DNA of 64,000 bases from Clostridiales bacterium (GTDB taxonomy: Bacteria > Bacillota > Clostridia > Saccharofermentanales > Saccharofermentanaceae): the NCBI GenBank assembly GCA_017529925.1, contig JAFXMZ010000025.1, positions 407 through 64,406 of the forward strand. Reading direction: 5' to 3'. Positions 17,111-25,426 of the stretch are shown piece after piece. Under the pieces are notes generated by a model, which made no database searches, had not been told where the DNA came from, and saw only the letters and a program-made list of their open reading frames with translations. A program made the position numbers and the translations under genes. Position 1 is the stretch's first letter. The number at the start of each line of letters is the position of its first letter.

Positions 17111-18094
17111 ATGACTTCCGGTGAAGATCCTTTTGTAAGAGAAAACATAGTCAACGACGAGCTCTTGTCGGCGATGAAGAAGATGCGCCGCGAAAAGACT
17201 CCCGACTCCATGACCGACGTCCTCCTTAAGGTGGCGGCGGCCCGGCTCCTTGTTCCTGTAGATGTGAAGGACGGGAGATATTCCCTGAACAGCGTTGCCG
17301 ACTCGAAAGGCCGCCGCTTCGTGATCGCTTTTTCCGACACGGCATCGTTCGAGATCGGCAAGAAAGACGATGACCAGCAGGCGGTCCTGTCCTCCTTTGA
17401 AGACCTGATCAGCGTGTCGCTCGATCCCGCATTCGGCCTGTCGGGTCTGATCATCAATCCCGGCGCCGAAGAAGTGATGTTCGGAAGCGAGCTGCTGAAA
17501 ATGATAGATGACCAGATGAAGGGCGGCGCCGGGGGCACGGCCGCTGGTGGTGTCGGTGGTGGCGCCGAAGACGGTGCCGGAGCAAACGGCGCGGGGGCTG
17601 TCGGCACGGTGGGCAGCGGAGTTGCAGGCGGCGTTCAGACCGGCGGGGCAAACGGCGGTGAGGCGGCAGCTGCAGTGTCAGACGGTGCCGAAGTGGGAAC
17701 TACGCAGGACAGCAACAGCAGCTCGAAGTCTGCAGTGAACGCGCTGAACGCTTCCGCAGAGTCTAAGAACCATCTGCCTGCGGGAAGGGTGTCGATCGGG
17801 CTCCCGAACCGTTATCCTGAGGGACTTCTCGAGAAGTTTAAGGCATTCTGTGAAGATGATGAGCGGATCCTGAGAGGATGGGCGCTTTTCGCCGTGAATG
17901 ATGAAGGTGATGCCAGGTGGCTGTTCATCGTAGAGAGCAGGGCCGAGGCGGGCGAGCGCGACTACCAGTTTGAGACGCTGGCGAGGTTTATGACGCCGTA
18001 TCTTGAGGGCATTGCGCCGGTGGTGCTGGATCTCGCCGACGAAAGGTCGGTGCTGGCGGCGCACGGGAACGAGCCGGTCTTTTCGAGGATGTAG
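17111..18094 (+). CDS. SseB-family protein with Gly/Ala-rich insert
   Basis: The N-domain NDELLSAMKKMRREKTPDSMTDVLLKVAAARLLVPV...RRFVIAFSD is SseB-like. A roughly 70-aa G/A low-complexity linker sits in the middle. Confidence 0.55.
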   Translation: MTSGEDPFVRENIVNDELLSAMKKMRREKTPDSMTDVLLKVAAARLLVPVDVKDGRYSLNSVADSKGRRFVIAFSDTASFEIGKKDDDQQAVLSSFEDLISVSLDPAFGLSGLIINPGAEEVMFGSELLKMIDDQMKGGAGGTAAGGVGGGAEDGAGANGAGAVGTVGSGVAGGVQTGGANGGEAAAAVSDGAEVGTTQDSNSSSKSAVNALNASAESKNHLPAGRVSIGLPNRYPEGLLEKFKAFCEDDERILRGWALFAVNDEGDARWLFIVESRAEAGERDYQFETLARFMTPYLEGIAPVVLDLADERSVLAAHGNEPVFSRM

Positions 18095-18120
18095 TCTCCG
18101 GGGACAGAAAACGGCGATCG

Positions 18121-18239
18121 GCCGGCGCTTGTTTATGATACAGATCCGCATGTGCTGTCAAGGCCAAGCCGCATTGGCGGTGGCAGGCCAGCCTTGACAG
18201 GCAGACATGACGGATCTGTTTTTTGGTTGGCAAGCCGGC
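18121..18239 (+). repeat. conserved long imperfect hairpin element, copy A
   Basis: GCCGGC ... ACAGATCCG(18140-18148)-CATGTG-CTGTCAAGGC ... GCCTTGACAG-GCAGACATGA-CGGATCTGT(18211-18219)-TTTTTT ... CAAGCCGGC. Same architecture and arms as 48280-48413. Confidence 0.75.
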
Positions 18240-18262
18240 GGTGCATTTTCGACGGGCTCAGG

Positions 18263-19033
18263 TCAACGCACGGCAGTGCGGGCGGATACCGTGTGAAGGT
18301 CGGTGATGATATAGAGCATCTTCGCGATCTCGCTCCGTATAACGTTGACCGGCGGCATGTAGATGTCGTCGCCGCACAGGATCAGGAGTTCGCGGCCGAT
18401 GTAGATTCCGCCCATGAGATAATCCTTCAGCTTGAACTTATTGTCGTCGACGTACCGCTCGTCCCTGAGGCGGCCGAGGTACTCGATGAAGAAGCAGCAA
18501 CCGAATTCGGGAAGGTAGACCGCGAAATCGACAGTGTGAGTGATGCCGTTTGTGATGATCTCGCAGTCGTACTTGTAGGTGAGGCCCATTTCGTCGAGGA
18601 CCTGGGCTATGACCATCTCTGCGCGCGATCTGTAGTTAACGTTCCTGTAGAAATAGCGGTTGTTGTTCGGGTAGGTCGTCGCGCACGGTTTGAGGCTGTC
18701 GAAGAAGGCTTTGTCGAAGTTAAGGCGAGGCGATGAGGTGAAGCGGGTGGTCGCGGCGTCATTTTCGATGTTGCTGCCGAAACGGTCGGAGTAGACCTGC
18801 GCCATCTCGTCCAGCTCCTTCTTCAGGGTGGTGCGCAGTTCGTAGAGCTTCGCGTATTCACGGCCTTTGGGGGATGTGGTTCGGTAACGATTTCTGATGC
18901 CGTTATTATTGACAAGGTAAATAGAGTGGCCTCGCTCGGATCTGATGATGATCGACGGGCACTCGTTCAATCTATTATCCAGCAACTTGTAATGTGCCAG
19001 CATGTAGTTTTGTGGATAGTTATCGTAGTTCAT
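18263..19033 (-). CDS. Vsr/DUF559-like (PD-(D/E)XK-type) nuclease-fold protein with unknown N-terminal domain
   Basis: The C-terminal YRSRAEMVIAQVLDEMGLTYKYDCEI...HTVDFAVYLPEFGCCFFIEYLG fits the S-x-x-E ... DF ... IExxG pattern of DUF559/Vsr-like endonuclease domains. The start MNYDNY at 19033 lies 6 nt after a TATAAT, so the mRNA may be leaderless. The ORF extends to 19075. Confidence 0.6.
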   Translation of the reverse strand: MNYDNYPQNYMLAHYKLLDNRLNECPSIIIRSERGHSIYLVNNNGIRNRYRTTSPKGREYAKLYELRTTLKKELDEMAQVYSDRFGSNIENDAATTRFTSSPRLNFDKAFFDSLKPCATTYPNNNRYFYRNVNYRSRAEMVIAQVLDEMGLTYKYDCEIITNGITHTVDFAVYLPEFGCCFFIEYLGRLRDERYVDDNKFKLKDYLMGGIYIGRELLILCGDDIYMPPVNVIRSEIAKMLYIITDLHTVSARTAVR

Positions 19034-19069
19034 GCCTAGATTATAAAGCCGGAGGAGCAAAAAAACTTC

Positions 19070-19125
19070 CGACAATTACCGACAATTACCGACAAAGAAA
19101 ACGACAAAAACGACAAAAACGACAA
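19070..19125 (-). repeat. six phased TTGTCG (CGACAA) direct repeats upstream of the nuclease-fold gene
   Basis: CGACAA at 19070, 19080, 19090, 19102, 19111 and 19120 (spacings 10, 10, 12, 9, 9). Confidence 0.8.
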
Positions 19126-19202
19126 GATCGGGAATGGTGGATTACCTGTGAGGGTTTGAACGAAACCAGGTTTCTGGAGATTAAAACAAAGGGATTTCTG
19201 CT

Positions 19203-19320
19203 GATGTGGCAAAAATGTGGGTAAAATACCCTCTAAAACCCACACTTTTATCCACATTAGGCCTAAGTTGGCAAAAATGTGGGTAAACGAGGCCTAAAAA
19301 ACCACATTTTTACCACATGT
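19203..19320. repeat. hairpin-repeat array 2 (two 62-bp units)
   Basis: TGGCAAAAATGTGGGTAAA at 19207 and 19269. Arms ATGTGGGTAAAA / TTTTATCCACAT and ATGTGGGTAAA / TTTTTACCACAT. Confidence 0.7.
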
Positions 19321-19378
19321 AAAGAATAAATGACAAATTATGCGTGCAGAGACCGCATACGGGGGCTATCTTATGACG

Positions 19379-20746
19379 TTACTTTGACTTCATCGCCTTC
19401 AGGAGACGGCGACGGCGGCTTCGGTTGCGGCGCTGCTTTATCAGGGGCTTGAAGATCTTGCGGATTCCGCGGTCGGTGGCGGTGACGGCAGTGTTGGTGC
19501 CGCTGCGCAGCTTGTATCCTATGTGGCGGAAGATGTTGTGGTCACGGAGATTGTGGACGTTTGCGTGGTGCTCGATCGTCTTGAGGTAGGCGTCTTCGAT
19601 CCTGTCCGCGAACGTCCCGATATCAAACGGATCAACGCTCTCGCATGCGTTCGCGGACATCTGCAGATACTGATCGCGGGAGAAGTCCGAGAGGACTTCG
19701 CTCACGAGCTCGGGGAGCTCGGCGGGGTCGTGGAATATGCGTCCGTTGCGGCCGTCGACGATTATCGATTCGAGGGATTCGTCGTAGCGGGCGATGACCG
19801 GGAGGCCGGCGGCCATAGCTTCGTAGTAGGTAAGGCCCTGGGTCTCGGTGGTCGAGCAGGAGATGAAGACATCGCCGATATGGTAGTACTTATGGACGTC
19901 GGCAAAGGCGACGGGGCCGGGAAGGATGACGGATGAGCCGAGGCCGAGTTCGTTCACCAGGTCGCGGAGGTTCTTGAGCTCGGGGCCGTCGCCGATCATG
20001 ACGAGGCGGGCGTTCGGGACTTTCGTCAGGATGCCGGGCATCGCGCGGATGATGAGGTCCAGGCTCTTTTCGAAGGCGATGCGGCCGATCGAAAGGAGGA
20101 CCTTGTCGTCAGGGGAGAGGCCGAACTTTTCGCGGATGGCGAGTGTTTCGGAAGGATCCTCGAGGTCGCGGCGGAAGTCCTTGAGGTCGATGCCGGAGGG
20201 GATCTGGAACGTCAGGACGTCGACGCCCTTGGAGGTAAGGTAGTTGTAGACTTTCGCCGTGGGGACGATCAGTGCGTCGGCGTGGCTGCAGAAATACTTG
20301 GAGTATTTGCGTGCGAGCGACTTGAACTGGCGGTCCGGGAAGGTGTGCCCTTTCGAGATGTGGTGCGTATAATCCTCCCACATCGTGTGGTATGTGTGGA
20401 TCTGCGGCAGCCCCAGGCAGTTGGCGACCATTCCGCCCATGAGGCCCATCGAAAACTCCGTGTGCGAGTGGACGATGTCGATCTTGTACTTTTTGCACAT
20501 TTCGATCAGGGGGAGGAGTTCGGGGAGTACGGCGCGGTAGGGCTTGGCGAAGAATACCGGGATCGACGGAACGCGGAAGACCGGCGGGTTCGACGACACC
20601 ATCGTGATCTTGCGCGAGGGCTCCGATATGCAGAAGACGAAGACTTTGTGGCCTTTTTGGCGCAGGCCTTCTATCATCGCCGAGATGGAACTCGCGACGC
20701 CGTTGATGTCGGGGAAATATGTGTCGGTAAAAACTGCAATATTCAT
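19379..20746 (-). CDS. family 4 glycosyltransferase (glycolipid synthase-like) with basic C-terminal tail
   Basis: MNIAVFTDTYFPDINGVASSI ... GRIAFEKSLD ... ETQGLTYYEAMAAGLPVI, a GT4 signature. Tail KQRRNRSRRRRLLKAMKSK. Confidence 0.8.
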   Translation of the reverse strand: MNIAVFTDTYFPDINGVASSISAMIEGLRQKGHKVFVFCISEPSRKITMVSSNPPVFRVPSIPVFFAKPYRAVLPELLPLIEMCKKYKIDIVHSHTEFSMGLMGGMVANCLGLPQIHTYHTMWEDYTHHISKGHTFPDRQFKSLARKYSKYFCSHADALIVPTAKVYNYLTSKGVDVLTFQIPSGIDLKDFRRDLEDPSETLAIREKFGLSPDDKVLLSIGRIAFEKSLDLIIRAMPGILTKVPNARLVMIGDGPELKNLRDLVNELGLGSSVILPGPVAFADVHKYYHIGDVFISCSTTETQGLTYYEAMAAGLPVIARYDESLESIIVDGRNGRIFHDPAELPELVSEVLSDFSRDQYLQMSANACESVDPFDIGTFADRIEDAYLKTIEHHANVHNLRDHNIFRHIGYKLRSGTNTAVTATDRGIRKIFKPLIKQRRNRSRRRRLLKAMKSK

Positions 20747-20821
20747 GTCGGTCACAAACTGATTGATTTGCTATAATATAACACAAAATCAGAACGGACG
20801 ATGCTGAAAGGGGCGCGAGGG

Positions 20822-21808
20822 ATGGATCAGAACAGGGGCAGGACAGGAACGATAGTGCTCATAGCTATCCTTTTTTTCACGTTCCTGATCGTACTCATCC
20901 TGAGCATGGCGAAAACGGGCGATGCCAGGAAGCGCTCCGAGGTCGAGAAGGCATGTGCCGTCCTCGCCGAACGCGACATACATCTCTATGTCATCGGAAC
21001 TCTTCCAGAGGCGATGAGCTTCCCCGAAGACAAGGTCGATGTCATCGCGCCCGAGAACATCAGCGAAGACACGATGCCGGTTCCGTGGAGCCGCTATCCG
21101 ACCGAGGTGCGCGATCCCGAAGGCAATCTTGTAGAGACGATCCCGCCGCGCATCTACGCGGAGCACATGCTGATCCTGGTAAACGGTGTCAGCGACGGGT
21201 TGACGGATGAGGCACTCGAGACGATCAGGCAGTGCGTGGTATCGAATCATGTTCCGGTCCTCCTGATCGGCGAGTATCCGGTCAAAGCGTTCAAACGCAC
21301 GCTCCTGATGACGACTGCGGGCACCGGAGAATTCGATTCGATGTATTACAGTGTCCTGACCGGCGGGATCTCATGTCCGATCGATCCGGACCACGTCGAA
21401 AAGGGGGGTAAGAACCTCACTCTCGATATCATCGGTTTTTGGGAGGAGCGGATCGATGACCCTGCCTCGCAGGAGAGGATAAACGAAGTGATAACGCCGC
21501 CGGCGCAAACGGCAGAAGCCGCGCCGGACGGGAAAGAAACGGAAGAGTCGGTCAACGTCACAGGCTCTGATGACTCCGCGGCCGCTGCGGCAAGTGATCC
21601 CGTGGTAGGGCAGACGATCCCTGAAGGGCTGTTGAACGCGGCCGGGGGCGTGGATCAGGCCGGCAGCGGGGAACCGGCAGGAGGCGCAGACGCGGCTGGC
21701 GGCGCAGGCAGTGAAGATCCCGCCGGCGGCGCGGGTGAAGGCGAAGGAGAGCGGGTCACGGCGTTCGCAGGAGAAGAAGACAACAACAGAACGGAAAACG
21801 CGGCATGA
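20822..21808 (+). CDS. membrane-anchored hypothetical protein with G/A/E-rich tail
   Basis: N-terminal TM IVLIAILFFTFLIVLILSM. The stop overlaps the prfA start (ATGA at 21805-21808). Confidence 0.6.
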   Translation: MDQNRGRTGTIVLIAILFFTFLIVLILSMAKTGDARKRSEVEKACAVLAERDIHLYVIGTLPEAMSFPEDKVDVIAPENISEDTMPVPWSRYPTEVRDPEGNLVETIPPRIYAEHMLILVNGVSDGLTDEALETIRQCVVSNHVPVLLIGEYPVKAFKRTLLMTTAGTGEFDSMYYSVLTGGISCPIDPDHVEKGGKNLTLDIIGFWEERIDDPASQERINEVITPPAQTAEAAPDGKETEESVNVTGSDDSAAAAASDPVVGQTIPEGLLNAAGGVDQAGSGEPAGGADAAGGAGSEDPAGGAGEGEGERVTAFAGEEDNNRTENAA

Positions 21809-22890
21809 AGAAAGACGACAGCAGGATAAAGGCCATACTCGACAGGTACGACGAGATCTTATCGTCGATGTCTGACCCTGCCGTGGTAAATGACAACGAA
21901 AGATATATGAAACTGTCCCGTGAGCTCGGCGAGCTGACGCCGAAGACGGAGACGATAAAGGCCTGGCAGGATGCGTCAGAGCGTATAGAGGAAGCTCTGG
22001 AGATAATGTCCTCGGGCGATAAGGAACTCCATGACCTTGCGGCTGAACAGCTCGCCGAGGCTCAGGCTGACGAGGAACGGCTCGGCAAGGAGCTCATGCT
22101 CATACTGACTCCGGGGGACCCCAATGACGACAGGTCTGTCATCCTTGAGATAAGAGCGGGGACCGGAGGCGAGGAGGCTGCGCTTTTCGCCGGGACACTG
22201 CTGAAGATGTATAAGGGTTATGCGGCGCGCCGCGGGTATGAGCTTTCGGTCATCGACATGAGCGAGACTGAGCTTGGAGGCATCAAGGAGCTGACGGCCG
22301 AGATCGACGGAAAGGGCGCATACTCGAGGTTCAAGTTTGAGAGCGGGGTTCACCGCGTCCAGCGCGTTCCGGTGACTGAATCTGGCGGCAGGATACATAC
22401 GTCGGCGGCGACCGTGGCGGTGCTTCCTAAAGCCGGGGAACGTGAGATCACCATAGACCCCAAGGACCTGAGGATCGACAGATACAGGGCGTCGGGCGCG
22501 GGCGGCCAGCACATCAACAGGACCGACTCGGCGATAAGGATCACTCACATCCCGACGGGGCTCGTGGTCCAGTGCCAGGATGAGAGGTCGCAGTACAAGA
22601 ACAAGGACAAGGCGATGGCGGTCCTCGAGGCGCGCCTCCTGCAGATGGAAAGGCAGGGCGCCAAGGACGAGGTCGATTCCGAGAGGCGTTCGCAGGTCGG
22701 TTCCGGCGACAGGTCGGAGAGGATCAGGACATACAACTACCATCAGGGGCGCGTGACCGACCACAGGATCGGGCTGACGCTGTACAGGCTCGAGGAGATC
22801 CTTGCGGGAGACCTTGACGAGATCACCGATGCGCTTATACTTGATGAAGCGGCTCGAAAAGCCGAGAAGAGCGGAGATCAGGCAACATGA
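21805..22890 (+). CDS. prfA: peptide chain release factor 1
   Basis: RASGAGGQHINRTDSAIRITHIPTG (GGQ motif) and the RF1-type PVT tripeptide in RVPVTESGGRIHTS. Confidence 0.93.
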   Translation: MKKDDSRIKAILDRYDEILSSMSDPAVVNDNERYMKLSRELGELTPKTETIKAWQDASERIEEALEIMSSGDKELHDLAAEQLAEAQADEERLGKELMLILTPGDPNDDRSVILEIRAGTGGEEAALFAGTLLKMYKGYAARRGYELSVIDMSETELGGIKELTAEIDGKGAYSRFKFESGVHRVQRVPVTESGGRIHTSAATVAVLPKAGEREITIDPKDLRIDRYRASGAGGQHINRTDSAIRITHIPTGLVVQCQDERSQYKNKDKAMAVLEARLLQMERQGAKDEVDSERRSQVGSGDRSERIRTYNYHQGRVTDHRIGLTLYRLEEILAGDLDEITDALILDEAARKAEKSGDQAT

Positions 22891-24659
22891 CGACATATGA
22901 CACGATGATAGTAGACCCCAGGGACGATAAGGCGATGGAGGCGGCAGCCGCGGCGCTCAGGCGCGGCGAGACGGTCGCTTTCCCGACGGAGACAGTATAC
23001 GGGCTTGGCGGAAATGCCGCCGATCCCGAAGCGATAAAGAAGATCTTCGAGGCAAAGGGCAGGCCGTCAGACAACCCGCTCATCGTCCACATCTGGAACA
23101 AGGATCAGATCCCGGAGCTTGCAGCGGAGATAACGCCGCTGGCGTCGGTCCTGATCGACCGTTTCATGCCCGGCCCCATCACGGTGATCGTGAAGAAGAA
23201 CAGCGAAAAGATCTGCGACGAGACGACAGCGGGACTCGATACCGTGGGCATCAGGATGCCTTCGGACAAGATCTGCCGACGTTTCCTCATGATGTGTGAT
23301 ATCCCTGTTGCGGCGCCGTCTGCGAACCTTTCGGGCAGCCCGTCGCCGACGACCGCGCTCCACGTGATAAATGATCTGGACAAGCGCGTCTTTGCGATAA
23401 TAAACGGCGGCAGCTGCGAGGTCGGACTCGAGTCGACGGTCGTCGATGCAACCGGCGAGAAGCCCGTCATCCTTAGGCCCGGCGCGATAACGGCCGACAT
23501 GATCGAAGAGGCAGTAGGCATGGAGACTTCATCAAAGACGAAGGCAGCGGAGGGGGAGACGCCCCGCGCGCCGGGAATGAAATACCGCCACTATGCGCCG
23601 CGCGTTCCGGTCGAGAAGATCGCCATCCCGGAAAGCGTACTGAATGCCGAAGTTGTTGAGATCCCGGAATCAGAGGACGGCAAGGATCCCTACAAGAAAC
23701 TGACGGACGACCAGAAGCAGATCCTTTTCGATGCGGCGCTGCCGTTCATCCAGAGATCGCGTGAGATCCTGGAGGCAAACCCGATGGCGAGGATCGGCAT
23801 CTTTGCGGGCCGTGAGGTAAGGGCCGTTTTCGAGAAGATGGGAGACAGGATCCTTCTGGCGCATACAGAATTCAACATATACGGCGACTCGAAAGATATC
23901 GAGGCCGCGTCGCACGCGCTTTTCGACGGGCTGAGGCATCTGGACATCCAGGAGGTCAATACGATCCTGGCGGCGTCGTTCCCCGAGGGAGGGCTCGCGA
24001 CGGCATATATGAACAGGCTCGGCAAGGCGGCCGGCGGAACGGGAGACACTCCTTCCGGAGCGGCTCTGCAGTCGGTGAGGCACGAGGTGCCGCTCGATGC
24101 GTTCAGGGATGTTTTCACGGCGTCGGTGCTGTTTGTTTCGGATGAGGACCGTGCGCTCGGAGCTGCCTGCGAGGGCATCATGCGCAAGTACCTGAATGAG
24201 CGCGGACCGTACTGTTCGGAGCATTCGACTGAGGTCGGAGCAGAGATCTACTGCGAATCCGCAGGACTCTACGCCGTCGACGGCGACACCCCGGACAAGA
24301 GGATGGAGGAGGTCTTCGCCGAGACTGTCGGCACGTCGATTTCCCACCACCTCGCGACCAAGGCGGGCCCTTCGGTCTATGACATGAACGACCTCATCAT
24401 CACCATGCACGACGACCAGGCTTACGAGATCGCGAGCGCATTCCCGTATATCGCTGACCGCGTATTCTCCATCTCCTCATATGCCGCATCGAAAGGCATC
24501 GTCATCAAGGACGAGAGGTCACGTGTCGTATCGGTATCCATACCCGATCCGAAAGGCGAGAACAGGGAGACATATGTGCACACCGTAAAGGCGCTTGCCG
24601 CATGGCTCGACATCCTTTTCCCGTATATCCTTAAGGATCTGGGCGCACACAGGCTGTAA
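22887..24659 (+). CDS. tsaC: L-threonylcarbamoyladenylate synthase (Sua5/TsaC type) fused to a degenerate LMW-phosphatase-like domain
   Basis: YrdC domain (VAFPTETVYGLGGNA), Sua5 domain (APGMKYRHYAP), then a roughly 170-aa YwlE/LMW-PTP-like domain lacking the CX5R loop (VLFVSDEDRALGAA instead of FVCTGNTCRSPMAE). Confidence 0.85.
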   Translation: MTTYDTMIVDPRDDKAMEAAAAALRRGETVAFPTETVYGLGGNAADPEAIKKIFEAKGRPSDNPLIVHIWNKDQIPELAAEITPLASVLIDRFMPGPITVIVKKNSEKICDETTAGLDTVGIRMPSDKICRRFLMMCDIPVAAPSANLSGSPSPTTALHVINDLDKRVFAIINGGSCEVGLESTVVDATGEKPVILRPGAITADMIEEAVGMETSSKTKAAEGETPRAPGMKYRHYAPRVPVEKIAIPESVLNAEVVEIPESEDGKDPYKKLTDDQKQILFDAALPFIQRSREILEANPMARIGIFAGREVRAVFEKMGDRILLAHTEFNIYGDSKDIEAASHALFDGLRHLDIQEVNTILAASFPEGGLATAYMNRLGKAAGGTGDTPSGAALQSVRHEVPLDAFRDVFTASVLFVSDEDRALGAACEGIMRKYLNERGPYCSEHSTEVGAEIYCESAGLYAVDGDTPDKRMEEVFAETVGTSISHHLATKAGPSVYDMNDLIITMHDDQAYEIASAFPYIADRVFSISSYAASKGIVIKDERSRVVSVSIPDPKGENRETYVHTVKALAAWLDILFPYILKDLGAHRL

Positions 24660-24699
24660 GGCAGACGCGCTTCGCCGGTTCTGATTAGATTGTTTTCCC

Positions 24700-24725
24700 G
24701 CCTCCCGCTGCCGGGAGGCTTTTTC
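24700..24725 (+). terminator. intrinsic terminator after tsaC
   Basis: GCCTCCCG-CTGC-CGGGAGGC-TTTTT. Confidence 0.75.
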
Positions 24726-24761
24726 TATGCCGTGTGGGGAGCGGCGGGTGCCGGGCATCTG

Positions 24762-24912
24762 CGGCGGTCCCGGCTGTCCCGGCGGTCCCGTCAGTCCCCG
24801 AAGTCTCGTGGATCCCGACTGTTCCTTCAGTCCCAAAGTGTCCTCGTGAGACCGTTTTGTCCCATCGGGGTGCCCGCAGTCCCGTTTTTGGCCGGAAAGT
24901 GCAAAACGGGTA
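24762..24912. repeat. hairpin/word array 3 (GTCCC words)
   Basis: GTCCC at 24767, 24776, 24785, 24794 (9-bp period), 24830, 24859 and 24879. Hairpin CCCGTTTT-TGGCCGGAAAGTGC-AAAACGGG at 24881-24910. Also CCCAAAGTGTCC...GTTTTGTCCC. Confidence 0.6.
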
Positions 24913-25113
24913 TAGACGGGCGGAAACAGGGCAGGGTAGAATCAGGACATAAACAAACCGCGGATGCGGCTGACCCGTACGGTTACGGGAAACGGAACTG
25001 CTTGACTTTGAGGTAAGTGCTGTGTTATTCTTTTCGACGCTGTATTTATTAGAAGCAGCATCCCTTGCCCGGCACGCGATGCCGAGCCATAAGACCAAGA
25101 GGAGGTGAACAAC

Positions 25114-25401
25114 ATGGCAAATCAGTATCAGCTGGTAACGGTGCTGAATCCCGCCAACGGCGAGGAGGCAGTCAACGCTCTCATCGAGACGATCAAGAAC
25201 AAGATCGAGTCCGGTGCCAAGATCGATGCACTCGACAATCTCGGAACAAAGCATCTTGCTTATGAGATCGACGATCAGAGAGACGGCGTATACCTTAAGA
25301 TCCTTTACACTGCCGAGAGCGAGTTCCCGAAGGAGATCGAGCGTGTGCTCAACATCACTGACGGCGTTCTTCGTTTCCTTACCGTTCGCGTAGGCGAGTG
25401 A
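25114..25401 (+). CDS. rpsF: 30S ribosomal protein S6
   Basis: MANQYQLVTVLNP...LAYEI. The ATG at 25114 follows AGAGGAGGTG. Confidence 0.92.
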   Translation: MANQYQLVTVLNPANGEEAVNALIETIKNKIESGAKIDALDNLGTKHLAYEIDDQRDGVYLKILYTAESEFPKEIERVLNITDGVLRFLTVRVGE

Positions 25402-25426
25402 TCGCGGAAGCGACAGGAGGCAGTAA

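Noticed and set aside
18121-18239. Retron msr/msd or integron attC interpretation of the long hairpins
   Set aside because: No reverse transcriptase or integron integrase is present in the window. The arms do not show the attC R/L box consensus (GTTRRRY) that I know.
18152-18736. 194-aa plus-strand ORF
   Set aside because: Antisense to the nuclease-fold gene and starts inside the long hairpin. It has no RBS. The minus-strand ORF carries the recognisable domain pattern.
21976-22896. 306-aa minus-strand ORF
   Set aside because: Antisense shadow of prfA.
25031-25113. rpsF (S6:S18) autoregulatory leader
   Set aside because: A GCATC...GATGC hairpin precedes the SD, but I cannot verify the known motif without a covariance-model search.
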